DNA of 64,000 nucleotides from Thermoanaerobaculia bacterium (GTDB lineage Bacteria; Acidobacteriota; Thermoanaerobaculia; UBA5066; Gp7-AA6): NCBI GenBank assembly GCA_036271035.1, contig DATBBK010000217.1, positions 3,833 to 67,832 of the forward strand, read 5' to 3'. Shown piece by piece: positions 18,177 to 26,806 of this stretch (position 1 is its first letter; each line of letters starts with the position of its first letter). The notes under the pieces were generated by a model. It saw only the letters and a program-made list of their open reading frames with translations, ran no database searches and was not told where the DNA came from. The position numbers and the translations under genes were made by a program.

Positions 18177-19228
18177 CGACCGCGCCGACACTGCTGCTCT
18201 CTCGAGACGACGTCGCCGCCTCGCTGACGCTCGACGCGTGCATCGCCGTCGTCGAGAACGCCTTCCGCATGGCCGGGCGGGGCGAATCTCCGGCGTCGGG
18301 GATCCTAGGCTACCCGACGGGGCCCGGAGGTTTTCACGTGAAGGCCGCAGCCCTCCGCCTGTCGCACGACTATTTCGCGGCGAAGCTCAATGCCAATTTC
18401 TCGGAGAACCGCGCGCGTTTCGGACTACCCACGATCCAGGGCGTCGTCGCGCTCTTCGACGCGGAAAACGGGCGGCTGCTCGCGCTCATGGATTCGATCG
18501 AAATCACGTTGCTTCGCACCGCGGCGGCCACGGCCGTCGCGGCGAAGCACCTCGCCCGGGCCGACTCCGAGGCCGTCCTCGTCGGCGGCTGCGGCGCGCA
18601 GGCGCGCGCTCAGCTCCGGGCCCTCGCGCGTGTGCTCCCGATCAAGCGCGTTCTCGCCTACGACACGGACGCCCCCGTCGCAGAACGCTTCGCGCGAGAT
18701 CTCGCGCCCGCGCTTGGAATCGAGATCGCGACAGCACCCGATCCGGGGGTGGCCTTGAGATGCTCGGATGTCGCCGTGACGTGCACGACGTCGCGCCGCG
18801 CCTTCCTCCGCAGGGAAGACGTCCCGCCCGGCCTCTTCATCGCCGCCGTCGGCGCCGATGCTCCGGAAAAGCAGGAGCTCGATCCGGAGATCCTTCGCAC
18901 ATGTCGCCTCGTTGTCGATTCGCGAGACCAGTGCGCCACGATCGGCGAGCTCCACCACGCCCTCGAGCAAGGGATCCTCGGCTCGCCCGCCGAGGCCACC
19001 GAGCTGGCCGAGGTCGTCGTCGGCAAAAAGCCCGGACGGCAGTCGCGCGAGGAGATCGTGGTCTTCGACAGCACTGGGATCGCCCTCGAGGACGTCGCCG
19101 CCGCGGCGGCGGCTTACGAAGACGCGTCTCGAGCCGGACGTGGTCAGACGTGGGACCCGTCAGAGTCGACACGCCCGACGAAGGGCGGGGACTATTCCCG
19201 TCTCCTCCTCGATCCGGGGCTGACCTGA
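18173..19228 (+). CDS. ornithine cyclodeaminase / mu-crystallin family protein
   Basis: ATG 18173 overlaps the pepE stop (ATGA); Rossmann GCGAQAR and OCD-family core. Confidence 0.75.
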   Translation: MTTAPTLLLSRDDVAASLTLDACIAVVENAFRMAGRGESPASGILGYPTGPGGFHVKAAALRLSHDYFAAKLNANFSENRARFGLPTIQGVVALFDAENGRLLALMDSIEITLLRTAAATAVAAKHLARADSEAVLVGGCGAQARAQLRALARVLPIKRVLAYDTDAPVAERFARDLAPALGIEIATAPDPGVALRCSDVAVTCTTSRRAFLRREDVPPGLFIAAVGADAPEKQELDPEILRTCRLVVDSRDQCATIGELHHALEQGILGSPAEATELAEVVVGKKPGRQSREEIVVFDSTGIALEDVAAAAAAYEDASRAGRGQTWDPSESTRPTKGGDYSRLLLDPGLT

Positions 19229-19510
19229 CTGGATGCACGGGACCTGGCGGGAGATCGATAAGCTCGACTGCGGCTACTTCCGCTTCTCGCGGTCGTCATC
19301 GGAAAGGTGAGCGAGAGCCGAACTAGTCGCGAAGTGGCACTTGTTCCTCCTCTGAAGCTTGGACCGGTGTCCAGGCGATTCAATTGTGCGGGGAGAGTCG
19401 GGCTTAGTCGCGCAGACTCCCCACACTTCTTCCCACACTCGACGACCGGCTTCGTGGTTCAGTCCCAAGGGCGAGCGAGTGGGGATGGGACCCACCCACT
19501 CACCGACCGA

Positions 19511-19714
19511 CTACTCGGTACTACAGGAAGGAGCCGACGACACCGAGGCCACCTGCTCGTTCTTCGCGCAGGACGTCGCCGCGCTCTTGTGGCCTTCGCA
19601 GCACGTGGGGTCGCAGCACGCCGGAGAACCGGCTTTTTGCGAGCTACCAGCCAAGAGCACTGAGCCACCCGCAAGCGCCACGATGAACGCCAGGGTTGCG
19701 AGAATCCGTTTCAT
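19511..19714 (-). CDS. small secreted Cys-rich peptide (67 aa; mature part contains CC-x3-CC, then C, C)
   Basis: GGAGGA RBS 5 nt upstream of ATG 19714; clear signal peptide MKRILATLAFIVALAGGSVLLAGSS; no homolog recognised. Confidence 0.45.
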   Translation of the reverse strand: MKRILATLAFIVALAGGSVLLAGSSQKAGSPACCDPTCCEGHKSAATSCAKNEQVASVSSAPSCSTE

Positions 19715-20124
19715 TGCATCCTCCGATGTTGGTTTCGATTCTGCTCAACCAGTATCGAGAGGGCGCAAGGATCAGTTCCGCATGGGTCTTCGGAAGGCGG
19801 GAGACAGCGAAGGCAGGAGCTTGGGAAGCTCCGCGCGCTGAAGCAGGCGAACACCCAAGGAAATGGCAATGACGGGAGAGGGTGCGAGAGCGAGTGTGGT
19901 GTCCGATTTCGGGGACGACTTCGCCGCCGTGCTGTCGCAGGAGGAACCCGAACAGGGCGGGCATGAGCTGGAGCAGCAGCGGGTTGGGACGAGACCGGTC
20001 GACCAGGAGACGCAGACGAGGAATCCCCAGAGCGCGAGCGTGCCCGCGAGCCGGCTCCGTCGGGTCATGCAGGACGTAACGGGACGAGCGGCGGCAAATT
20101 CCGCTGATCTTTCTTGCCGAGGGT

Positions 20125-20682
20125 TCACCGCCCGCGCCCTGGCGCTCCGCTTGGCAGGTCTGGCGGCCTCGGGTCCGGGATGAACCCGTCGCGATTCGGC
20201 ATCTGCACGCGGGGCAGGGACTCGCGGTCGAGGACCTCGTCCTCGGCAACGATTCGATCCAACGAAAGAATGAATCCGGTCACGCTGTACACCTGGTCCG
20301 CCGTCAGGGTGCCAGGGTGCTCGTAAGGCATCGCGCGCCGCACGTAGTCCCAAACGCTCGTGGCATAGGGCCAGTACGCATTGACCGTGGGAAGCGGGTG
20401 GTCCGTCGCGAGACTCCCGACTCCGCCGGCCAGGGGCGGGTAGGGATCCTTTCCCTCGCCACGTGGCCCATGGCACTCGGCGCACCGAGCGTCGTAGACG
20501 AGCTTGCCTTGTCTCGCGGTTCCCTTGCCCGCCGGAAGCCCCTTTCCGGACGGAAACACGTTCAGCGAGGCAGCCTGGATCTCCTGTTCTGAGGCCACCC
20601 GTCCGATCCGGGTTTCGGGCCGAGTTGGAGTTGGCGACGTGCCCGCCGAAGCGGCCAGAAGGATCAGGAGAAGGCTAAACAT
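20125..20682 (-). CDS. sorB: sulfite dehydrogenase cytochrome c subunit (SorB/SoxD-like mono-haem c)
   Basis: single CAECH haem-binding motif; signal peptide; start overlaps the sorA end by 8 nt. Confidence 0.75.
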   Translation of the reverse strand: MFSLLLILLAASAGTSPTPTRPETRIGRVASEQEIQAASLNVFPSGKGLPAGKGTARQGKLVYDARCAECHGPRGEGKDPYPPLAGGVGSLATDHPLPTVNAYWPYATSVWDYVRRAMPYEHPGTLTADQVYSVTGFILSLDRIVAEDEVLDRESLPRVQMPNRDGFIPDPRPPDLPSGAPGRGR

Positions 20683-21886
20683 GGGTCACCCTGCCGTCGG
20701 CCTCCACGCGCCAGATCTTCATTCCGTTGTAGTGGTCGAAGCCGTCGGGACCCTCGTGGAGTCCGCGAACCGCGACGATTTCCTCGCGCGTCGGCTGCAC
20801 GTAACCCGTCTCGTCCGCGCAGCGCGATCGCAGCGTCGTTGCCGCTCCGCTCCAAGTCCACGGAAGACGGAAGCGGGTGAATGCCTTCGGCAGCACGGGA
20901 TCCTGCAGAGTCGCCTGCTGCCACGAGCGTTCGTCGTCGGTTGAGACGTCCACGCGAGAGATCCGTCCGCGTCCGGACCACGCAAGACCCTGGATCTCAT
21001 GGAGTCCCGGACCCGGAAGCCGTTGTCCTCCGGCCGGCCGCGTGACCACGGACTTGGCGTCCAGGACGAATGAGAAGCGCCATGCCTTCCCGGCGGGCAT
21101 GAGGTCTGTGTACGAGGCCGCCTCGTCTTTGCTCATCGCGGGCTCATCCGCGACCTCCAGCCGATGCAGCCACTTCACGTTCATGTTTCCTTCCCAGCCG
21201 GGGACGAGGAGCCGCAGCGGATATCCCTGTTCCGGACGAACCGCCTCTCCGTTCTGGCCGTACGCGACGATGACGTCGTCGAGCGCCTTCGCAATCGGGA
21301 TGCTTCGAGAGTGGCGCGAAGCGTCCGCGCCCTCCGCGACGACCCACGAAGCCGTCGGCTTTAGCCCCGCTTCCTGGAGGACGACGGACAGCGGCACGCC
21401 GGTCCATTCGCTGCAGCTCGCCAGGCCGTGGCTCTTCTGCGGGTCCTCGCCGGGCCGGCCCGCCTGCTCTCGCCCGCTGTTGCCGGCGCACTCCACGAAG
21501 TGGATTCGGGAGACGGATCGAAACCGGTGCAGATCGTCGAGCCGGAACGACACAGGCCGATCCACCAGGCCATGGATGAGCAACTGGTGCTGAGACGGGT
21601 CGATGCGCGGAACGCCCGAGTGATGCCGCTCGAAGTGCAGCGACGACGGCGTCACGATTCCGTAGGTGTCCTGGAGCGGGGTACGGCTGGATGAAGTCGC
21701 CGGCGTGTTGCTCTGCCGGAAAGCGCGCTCCGCCCTTTCGAACGGCGACCGTTCGCCGTAGGCGCGGCGACCGTCCCCCAGGGCACGCGCGCCGGGCTCG
21801 GCGGCGACCCTTGCTGTCTTCTCGCAGGCCGCGGCGGCGATCGCGGCGAGCGAAGCTGCGAGAAGCGTTCGGCGATCGGACTTCAC
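20675..21886 (-). CDS. sorA: sulfite dehydrogenase / sulfite oxidase molybdopterin subunit (SorA/SoxC-like)
   Basis: Tat signal (RRTLLAASLAAIAAAA); Mo-cofactor domain motifs (HFERHHSGVP, FVECAGN, YPLRLLVPGWEGNMNVKWL) and dimerisation domain. Confidence 0.85.
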   Translation of the reverse strand: MKSDRRTLLAASLAAIAAAACEKTARVAAEPGARALGDGRRAYGERSPFERAERAFRQSNTPATSSSRTPLQDTYGIVTPSSLHFERHHSGVPRIDPSQHQLLIHGLVDRPVSFRLDDLHRFRSVSRIHFVECAGNSGREQAGRPGEDPQKSHGLASCSEWTGVPLSVVLQEAGLKPTASWVVAEGADASRHSRSIPIAKALDDVIVAYGQNGEAVRPEQGYPLRLLVPGWEGNMNVKWLHRLEVADEPAMSKDEAASYTDLMPAGKAWRFSFVLDAKSVVTRPAGGQRLPGPGLHEIQGLAWSGRGRISRVDVSTDDERSWQQATLQDPVLPKAFTRFRLPWTWSGAATTLRSRCADETGYVQPTREEIVAVRGLHEGPDGFDHYNGMKIWRVEADGRVTHV

Positions 21887-21917
21887 GATTCCTCCTTGGA
21901 AGGCACAGAGTCCGGAG

Positions 21918-22458
21918 TCATTGCGTCCCGATACCCTTCGTCAACTGCTCCAGGCGAAGTCGGTCCAGCGACGCAATGGGAAGCGACGTAAAGAGTCCGA
22001 GCCGCCGGTAGATCTCCACCGCTACTCTCTTCACCGCTTGCCTCTTCTCCTCCTCGGCGCCCTGCGCGGCGTCGGGATCCTCGGAGCCCCAGTGCGCGAT
22101 GATCGGCTGCCCCGGCCAGACCGGGCAGGATTCCCGAGCCTTGTCGCAGACGGTGATCACGAAATCGAACTTCACATCGCGGAACTCCTCCCACGACTTG
22201 CTCCGTGCGGCGCTCGCGTCGATGCGGTAGCCCTCGCGCAGGATCTCCAAGACGTGAGGGTTCACTCGGCCCTTCGGGTTCGCACCGGCGCTGTAGACCT
22301 CGAAAGTGGACGGGATCGAGTCGCCGCAGGAAGAACTCCGCCAGGATGCTCCGAGCCGAGTTCCCAGTGCAGAGAAAGAGAATCTTGTATTTCTTCTGTG
22401 GGCCGGAACTCGTGTTTGCTCCTCCGCTCGCCGGGTCGCGCGGGGAAGCAGCCACCAC
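21918..22458 (-). CDS. arsC: arsenate reductase ArsC (LMW-PTP / thioredoxin-coupled type), frameshifted at about 22332-22334. N-terminal half in one frame (from GTG 22458), C-terminal half in the aqpS frame
   Basis: P-loop KILFLCTGNSARSILAEFFLRRL in frame X; FEVYSAGANPKGRVNPHVLEIL...FDFVITVCDKARESCPVWPG...HWGSEDP in frame Y; removing one C from the CCC run restores LRRLDPSTFEVYSAG. Confidence 0.6.
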
Positions 22459-23108
22459 GCGACGAGGACGAACCCGATCAGACCGATCGACTCTCCGAGC
22501 AGGAAACCTGGAACGTCCGCTGGACGAATCCCAGTAAACGTGTCGGTCAGCGAGCGAGCCAGAGTCACCGCCGGATTGGCGAACGAGGTCGAAGACGTGA
22601 ACCAGTAGGCCGCGGTGATGTAGACCCCGACTGCGAGCGCGATCTCGCCATTGCTGCGGCCTTTCGCAACGAAGATGATCGCCAGGAGACCGAAGGTCGC
22701 GATGGCCTCGGCGAAGATGAGAGGGAATCCCGCGCGTGACTTGCCGGAGAGGGCGACGATCGGCTGGCGAAACATGACGGAGGCGGCAACCACGCCGGCA
22801 ACTGCGCCGACGAGCTGAGCCGGCACATAAGCAAGCGCGTCGGACCAGGGACGCCTTCCGAGCAGGGCTTCGGTTACGGTGACCGCCGGATTGAGATGAC
22901 AGCCCGAGAAGCCCGCGAACGCGGAGATGAGCGCGACGAGTCCCGCGCCGGTGGCGAGGCTGTTCGCGAGGAGCGCGACGGCCTCATTTCCGGCGGCGAG
23001 CCTCTCCGCCATGATTCCGGACCCGACCACGATCGAGAGCAGGAACGCCGTCCCGAGCCCTTCGACCAGAGTGCGCCGTCCGAGCGACGGGCCCGGCTCA
23101 GCAAGCAC
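21918..23108 (-). CDS. aqpS: aquaglyceroporin (MIP family, AqpS/GlpF-like arsenite channel). MIP domain spans about 22424..23108; the frame reads on without a stop into the C-terminal half of arsC
   Basis: two NPA boxes (HLNPAVT, NPAVT) and six TM helices; GTG 23108 lies 23 nt after the arsI stop (the listed upstream start 23261 would overlap arsI); no in-frame stop until 21918. Confidence 0.6.
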   Translation of the reverse strand: MLAEPGPSLGRRTLVEGLGTAFLLSIVVGSGIMAERLAAGNEAVALLANSLATGAGLVALISAFAGFSGCHLNPAVTVTEALLGRRPWSDALAYVPAQLVGAVAGVVAASVMFRQPIVALSGKSRAGFPLIFAEAIATFGLLAIIFVAKGRSNGEIALAVGVYITAAYWFTSSTSFANPAVTLARSLTDTFTGIRPADVPGFLLGESIGLIGFVLVAWWLLPRATRRAEEQTRVPAHRRNTRFSFSALGTRLGASWRSSSCGDSIPSTFEVYSAGANPKGRVNPHVLEILREGYRIDASAARSKSWEEFRDVKFDFVITVCDKARESCPVWPGQPIIAHWGSEDPDAAQGAEEEKRQAVKRVAVEIYRRLGLFTSLPIASLDRLRLEQLTKGIGTQ

Positions 23109-23131
23109 GTCCGAGTGCGGTTCCGCTCCAG

Positions 23132-23548
23132 CTACCGGGCGCAGCACGCTGCCTGGGCCTCCCGAGAGACGTCCTCGACGTCCTCCAGGACCGTGTAAAC
23201 CTCCCACCTGTTGCCGTCCGGATCGCTCACCCAGAACTTCTCCTGGAGCGCGTAGCAGCACGCCTCCCGCTTCTCCTCTTCGGAGACGATGCCGCGTGCC
23301 TTCAGGTCGCTGCGCCAGCGGCGGACCTCGTCCAGGCTGCCGACTCGGATTCCAAGATGCGAGAGCGACCCTCCGGATGCTGAGCTGTTCAGCCCTGGCT
23401 GCAGGGCAATGTGGATCTCGGGGCTCTCGCTGACGAACTTCGCGTAATCATCCTTCAGCTTGCGCGGCTCGCCGAAGAATCCGCGGTAGAACTCGACGGC
23501 CTTCGGGAGATCCGAAACATTGAGAGAGATGTGAACCGCGGGTGCCAT
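23132..23548 (-). CDS. arsI: ArsI/CadI-like glyoxalase/VOC family protein (candidate C-As lyase) with vicinal Cys pair
   Basis: GGAGG RBS 6 nt upstream of ATG 23548; close similarity to the ArsI/CadI pattern (HISLNVSDL...EFY...DYAKF...EACCYALQEKFWVSDPDGNRWEVY); extra C-terminal CC. Confidence 0.75.
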   Translation of the reverse strand: MAPAVHISLNVSDLPKAVEFYRGFFGEPRKLKDDYAKFVSESPEIHIALQPGLNSSASGGSLSHLGIRVGSLDEVRRWRSDLKARGIVSEEEKREACCYALQEKFWVSDPDGNRWEVYTVLEDVEDVSREAQAACCAR

Positions 23549-23601
23549 GATTGCCTCCGTTCTATTGTTCGAGAAACGTCGAACAGTCAATGCAATTTTT
23601 T

Positions 23602-23943
23602 TTAGACCGCCTTGGCAAGAACATCCGCGATGCCGGCAATTGCTGATTCGTTGCGCGAGTAGTACGTCCATCGCCCGCGTTTCTCGGCGTTCACGAGTCC
23701 CGCCCTTCGAAGGAGAGCCATGTGATGAGAAACAGCGGCTTTCGAGAGGCCGACCGCGACCTCGACGTCGCAGGCGCATAGCCCCTTCTCGTCGCGGGCG
23801 ATCAGGTCGCAGCATGAGCGACCCCGCGCCTTCAACAGCTCCAGAATCCGGAGTCGCGTCGGGTCGCTCAGCGCCTTGCAGATCAGAAGGACTTCGCTGC
23901 GGTCCGCCACAGTTCGAAGTTTATAGAACTGTGATCGAGCCAT
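23602..23943 (-). CDS. arsR: ArsR/SmtB family metalloregulator
   Basis: wHTH (LSDPTRLRILELL...VSHHMALLRRAGLV) and As(III)-binding Cys cluster (SCCDLIA...GLCACDV). Confidence 0.85.
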   Translation of the reverse strand: MARSQFYKLRTVADRSEVLLICKALSDPTRLRILELLKARGRSCCDLIARDEKGLCACDVEVAVGLSKAAVSHHMALLRRAGLVNAEKRGRWTYYSRNESAIAGIADVLAKAV

Positions 23944-23989
23944 GTCAAGCGGTCCGGAAACGGCGCGGCCGGAGGCGACATCACGGAAT

Positions 23990-24064
23990 TGGCTCCTCAG
24001 GGAGGACTCGAACCTCCAACCCTCCGGTTAACAGCCGGATGCTCTGCCATTGAGCTACTGAGGA
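23990..24064 (-). tRNA. tRNA-Asn (anticodon GTT), CCA encoded
   Basis: cloverleaf folded by eye: acceptor TCCTCAG/CTGAGGA, anticodon stem CCGG with loop CTGTTAA, T-arm GGAGG-TTCGAGT-CCTCC, 3' GCCA. Confidence 0.9.
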
Positions 24065-24152
24065 GCAGTCGCAGAGCCGGCAAGGATAGCGGCGCGGGCC
24101 CGAGGCGTCAACCGAGCGGCGCCGGGACCGCTGGTCAGCGCGGGATGTCAGC

Positions 24153-24617
24153 TCAGGACGCGGGCGTCCACTGCGCCCACGCGACCTTCCACGTGCCGCC
24201 GTCCGGGACCATCCGCAGGTCGAAGTCGTACTTCGCCGACGACGGCAGCAGGCCGTCGAGGCCGCCGATCTTTCGCGGCTGACCCGACATGTCCGCGCGG
24301 AACCGCACCCGGGCCGCTCCCTCCGCGCGCTCGATCTGCACGTTCGAGAAGGTCACGTTGAGGATCTCGTACGCCCCGAACGCGCGGCGCACGAGCTCGC
24401 GGGCGTCCGCGAGGCTGGACCCGTCGCCCGCCTGGAAGTTGGATGCGACATGGGCGAACAGCGCCGACTCGTCGCGTGCGTTCGCCGCCTTCGCCATCGC
24501 GTCGATCGAGTCGCGGACGGGGTCGCCCTTGCCGCCGCACGCGACGGCTGCGAGACCGCCCACGAGCAGGACAGCCATCCACGCGACGGTCCCGACGATG
24601 CGACGGCGCAGCTGCAT
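24153..24617 (-). CDS. lipoprotein, SnoaL/NTF2-like fold (DUF4440-like)
   Basis: lipoprotein signal MQLRRRIVGTVAWMAVLLVGGLAAVAC; ~130-aa mature domain. Confidence 0.5.
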   Translation of the reverse strand: MQLRRRIVGTVAWMAVLLVGGLAAVACGGKGDPVRDSIDAMAKAANARDESALFAHVASNFQAGDGSSLADARELVRRAFGAYEILNVTFSNVQIERAEGAARVRFRADMSGQPRKIGGLDGLLPSSAKYDFDLRMVPDGGTWKVAWAQWTPAS

Positions 24618-24682
24618 GCGAGCATTGTCGCCGACGTCCTTCCGAGAGCCTCGCGGAATCGCGCCCGTGCCATCATCGGCGT

Positions 24683-25105
24683 GTGGCCGAAGACCTCGCC
24701 GCCTTCTTCGCGCGTGAGCACGGCTGGATCGAGGGCTTCATGGGCGCCCTCCTCGGCGCCGTCTCCTCGGACGTCGAGGAGGCGGCCCGGTCCGCGGTCG
24801 CCGACCTCGACGACGCGATCCGCCGTCACACGGCCGACGAGGAGGAGCGGATCATTCCGGCGGCGGCGTCCGGCAAACTGGTCGCGACCGCGGACGAGAC
24901 GGACCGCGAGCGGCTCGCGCGCGAGCTGCGGCTCGAGCACGTGCAGATCCGCGAGGTCGTCGGAATGATGCGGCGGCTGATCGAGGAGCGCGGCGATCTC
25001 GCGGGCGCGAAGGCGCTGTTCGGCGGACTCGCGCGCCGATGGGACGCGCACGTGGAGAAGGAAGTGAGGGAGTTGACTGCGCAGCGACCGCAGAGCGGGC
25101 GCTAA
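24683..25105 (+). CDS. hemerythrin-like (HHE cation-binding) domain protein; start uncertain (GTG 24683)
   Basis: H/E-rich hemerythrin-like motifs (HTADEEERIIP, HVQIREVVGMMRR, WDAHVEKE); upstream part of the listed ORF overlaps the divergent lipoprotein gene and looks non-coding. Confidence 0.5.
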   Translation: MAEDLAAFFAREHGWIEGFMGALLGAVSSDVEEAARSAVADLDDAIRRHTADEEERIIPAAASGKLVATADETDRERLARELRLEHVQIREVVGMMRRLIEERGDLAGAKALFGGLARRWDAHVEKEVRELTAQRPQSGR

Positions 25106-25108
25106 GCA

Positions 25109-25230
25109 GTCAACCTGAGGAGCGGAGCGACGAAGGATCCCGGAGTCGAAAGCCACCGATGCCGCGCCAACTCTGGTTCCCGGCTCGAAGCCCGCCGGTG
25201 ACTGGATCCCTCGCTATCGCTCGGGATGAC
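25109..25230. repeat. palindromic MITE/REP-like intergenic repeat, copy 1 (TIRs GTCAACCTGAGGAGCGGAGCGACGAAGGATCC / GGATCCCTCGCTATCGCTCGGGATGAC)
   Basis: member of the family detailed at 48075..48362; begins 4 nt after the stop of the upstream + strand gene. Confidence 0.7.
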
Positions 25231-25280
25231 GGCTCAAGTCGGGCGGCCGCAAGGGCCGCCTCTACGAAGATCGCGTGCCG

Positions 25281-25703
25281 CTACGACCCCAGCACCGCGA
25301 TTCTCACCGTGCGCTCGCGCGGGCCGTCGAGCTCGATCAGGAAGATGCCCTGCCAGCGGCCCAGCACCAGCTTGCCCTTATCGAGCGGCACGAGCCGTGC
25401 ATTCCCGATCGCCTCGGAAAGAAAATGTGCAGGAGAGTTTCCTTCTCCGTGCTCGAAGGGCACGTCGGGCACCCATGCGCCGAGCGCGCGCTCGACGTCG
25501 CCGGTGACGTCCGGATCCCACGCCTCGCCGATCACGATCGCCGCGGTCGTGTGGGGCGTCGAGACGAGGAGCGCGCGGCCGCCATCGGCGCCGAGCGCCT
25601 GGAGCTTCTCCTCGACGCGCTTCGTGACGTCGAGCCGCTCGATCTTGCGCGACGTCTTGACCCGAAACTCCACGGCGTCCATATGCACATGCGCACGGGC
25701 CAT
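25281..25703 (-). CDS. YjbQ/UPF0047 family protein (secondary thiamine-phosphate synthase-like)
   Basis: YjbQ signature (ALLVSTPHTTAAIVIGE...DVTGDVERAL...GEGNSPAHFL...KLVLGRWQGIF). Confidence 0.75.
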   Translation of the reverse strand: MARAHVHMDAVEFRVKTSRKIERLDVTKRVEEKLQALGADGGRALLVSTPHTTAAIVIGEAWDPDVTGDVERALGAWVPDVPFEHGEGNSPAHFLSEAIGNARLVPLDKGKLVLGRWQGIFLIELDGPRERTVRIAVLGS

Positions 25704-25765
25704 CCGGCGATTCTAAGGACTCCGAGGGGATATCCTTCGCCGATCGAGGAGCGGCGAGGCAACCG

Positions 25766-26806
25766 ATGAACGTGCGCCGACTCATCGGCAGGCTGTTTCC
25801 CCTCTTCTTCCTCGGCGGCCTATTTCTCTACGCCGTGTGGCCGTGGCTCCCCTTCGTCCGTCCGGCCGCGACGCCGACCATCGTCTTCTACGGCTTCAGC
25901 ATCCTCGGCGAGGCGATGGACCAGGGCGTGCTGCCCGCGTTCCAGAAGAAGTGGAGCGACGAGGGGCACGGGCGCATCGCCTTCCGCACGTCGTTCGGCG
26001 GCTCGGGCACGATCACGAACCAGATCGCGCTCGGCGCGCCGGCGCAGCTCGCGCTGCTCTCGCTCGAGAGCGACGCCGACCGCCTCGCGGACGCGCATGT
26101 CGTTCCGGCGGGATCGTGGCGGAAGCTGCCGCACGCCGGCGTCGTAAACCGCACTCCTTTCGTGATCCTCGTTCGACCCGGCAATCCGCTCCAGATCCGC
26201 GACTTCGCCGACCTCACGAGACCGGGCGTGAAGATCGTGCACCCCGACCCGCTCACGTCGGGCGGCGCCAACTGGGCGATCCTCGCCGAGTACGGCGCCG
26301 GAGTCCGGGAGTCGAAGGGAGACCCGGCCGCGGGCGAGGCGCTGCTCGCCGGCGTCTGGCGCAACGTGACGGGGCAGGCGGCCTCCGCGCGCGCCGCGCG
26401 CACGCAGTTCGACAACGGGTTCGGCGACGCGCTCGTCACGTACGAGCAGGAGGCGGCCTACGACAAGCCCCGCGGCAGGCTGAAGGCCGACATCGTGTAT
26501 CCGAAGCGCACGATCCTCTCGGAGCACACGCTGGTCGTCGTCGACCGCAACGTGCGTCCCGTGGAGCGCGCCGCCGTCGACGCGCTCGTCCAGTACCTGT
26601 GGAGCGACGAGGCGCAGCGCATCTTCGTGAAGTACGGTTTCCGAAGCGTGCGCGAGGAGCTCAACGCGGGCCATCCGGAGTTCGGAAAGGTCGAGGATCC
26701 GTTTCTCATCTCGGACTTCGGCGGATGGCGCCGAGCGAAGAAGGAGATCGTGGACGCGGTCTGGAAGCAGCGGGTGATGCACATCGCCCCGCCGTCGAAG
26801 CCATGA
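25766..26806 (+). CDS. sulfate/thiosulfate ABC transporter substrate-binding protein (Sbp/CysP)
   Basis: periplasmic SBP with N-terminal TM/signal; Sbp-family similarity over the full length. Confidence 0.85.
   Translation: MNVRRLIGRLFPLFFLGGLFLYAVWPWLPFVRPAATPTIVFYGFSILGEAMDQGVLPAFQKKWSDEGHGRIAFRTSFGGSGTITNQIALGAPAQLALLSLESDADRLADAHVVPAGSWRKLPHAGVVNRTPFVILVRPGNPLQIRDFADLTRPGVKIVHPDPLTSGGANWAILAEYGAGVRESKGDPAAGEALLAGVWRNVTGQAASARAARTQFDNGFGDALVTYEQEAAYDKPRGRLKADIVYPKRTILSEHTLVVVDRNVRPVERAAVDALVQYLWSDEAQRIFVKYGFRSVREELNAGHPEFGKVEDPFLISDFGGWRRAKKEIVDAVWKQRVMHIAPPSKP

Noticed and set aside
19772-20068. Second Cys/Ser-rich ORF (MTRRSRLAGTLALWGFLVCVS...CCSSSCPPCSGSSCDS) in the 410-nt gap between the Cys-rich peptide gene and sorB
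   Set aside because: It has no RBS, its composition is low-complexity Ser/Cys as expected from GC-rich codons (TCG/AGC/TGC), and it sits inside a long ORF of junk composition. It was kept out of features, but the gap itself is unexplained.
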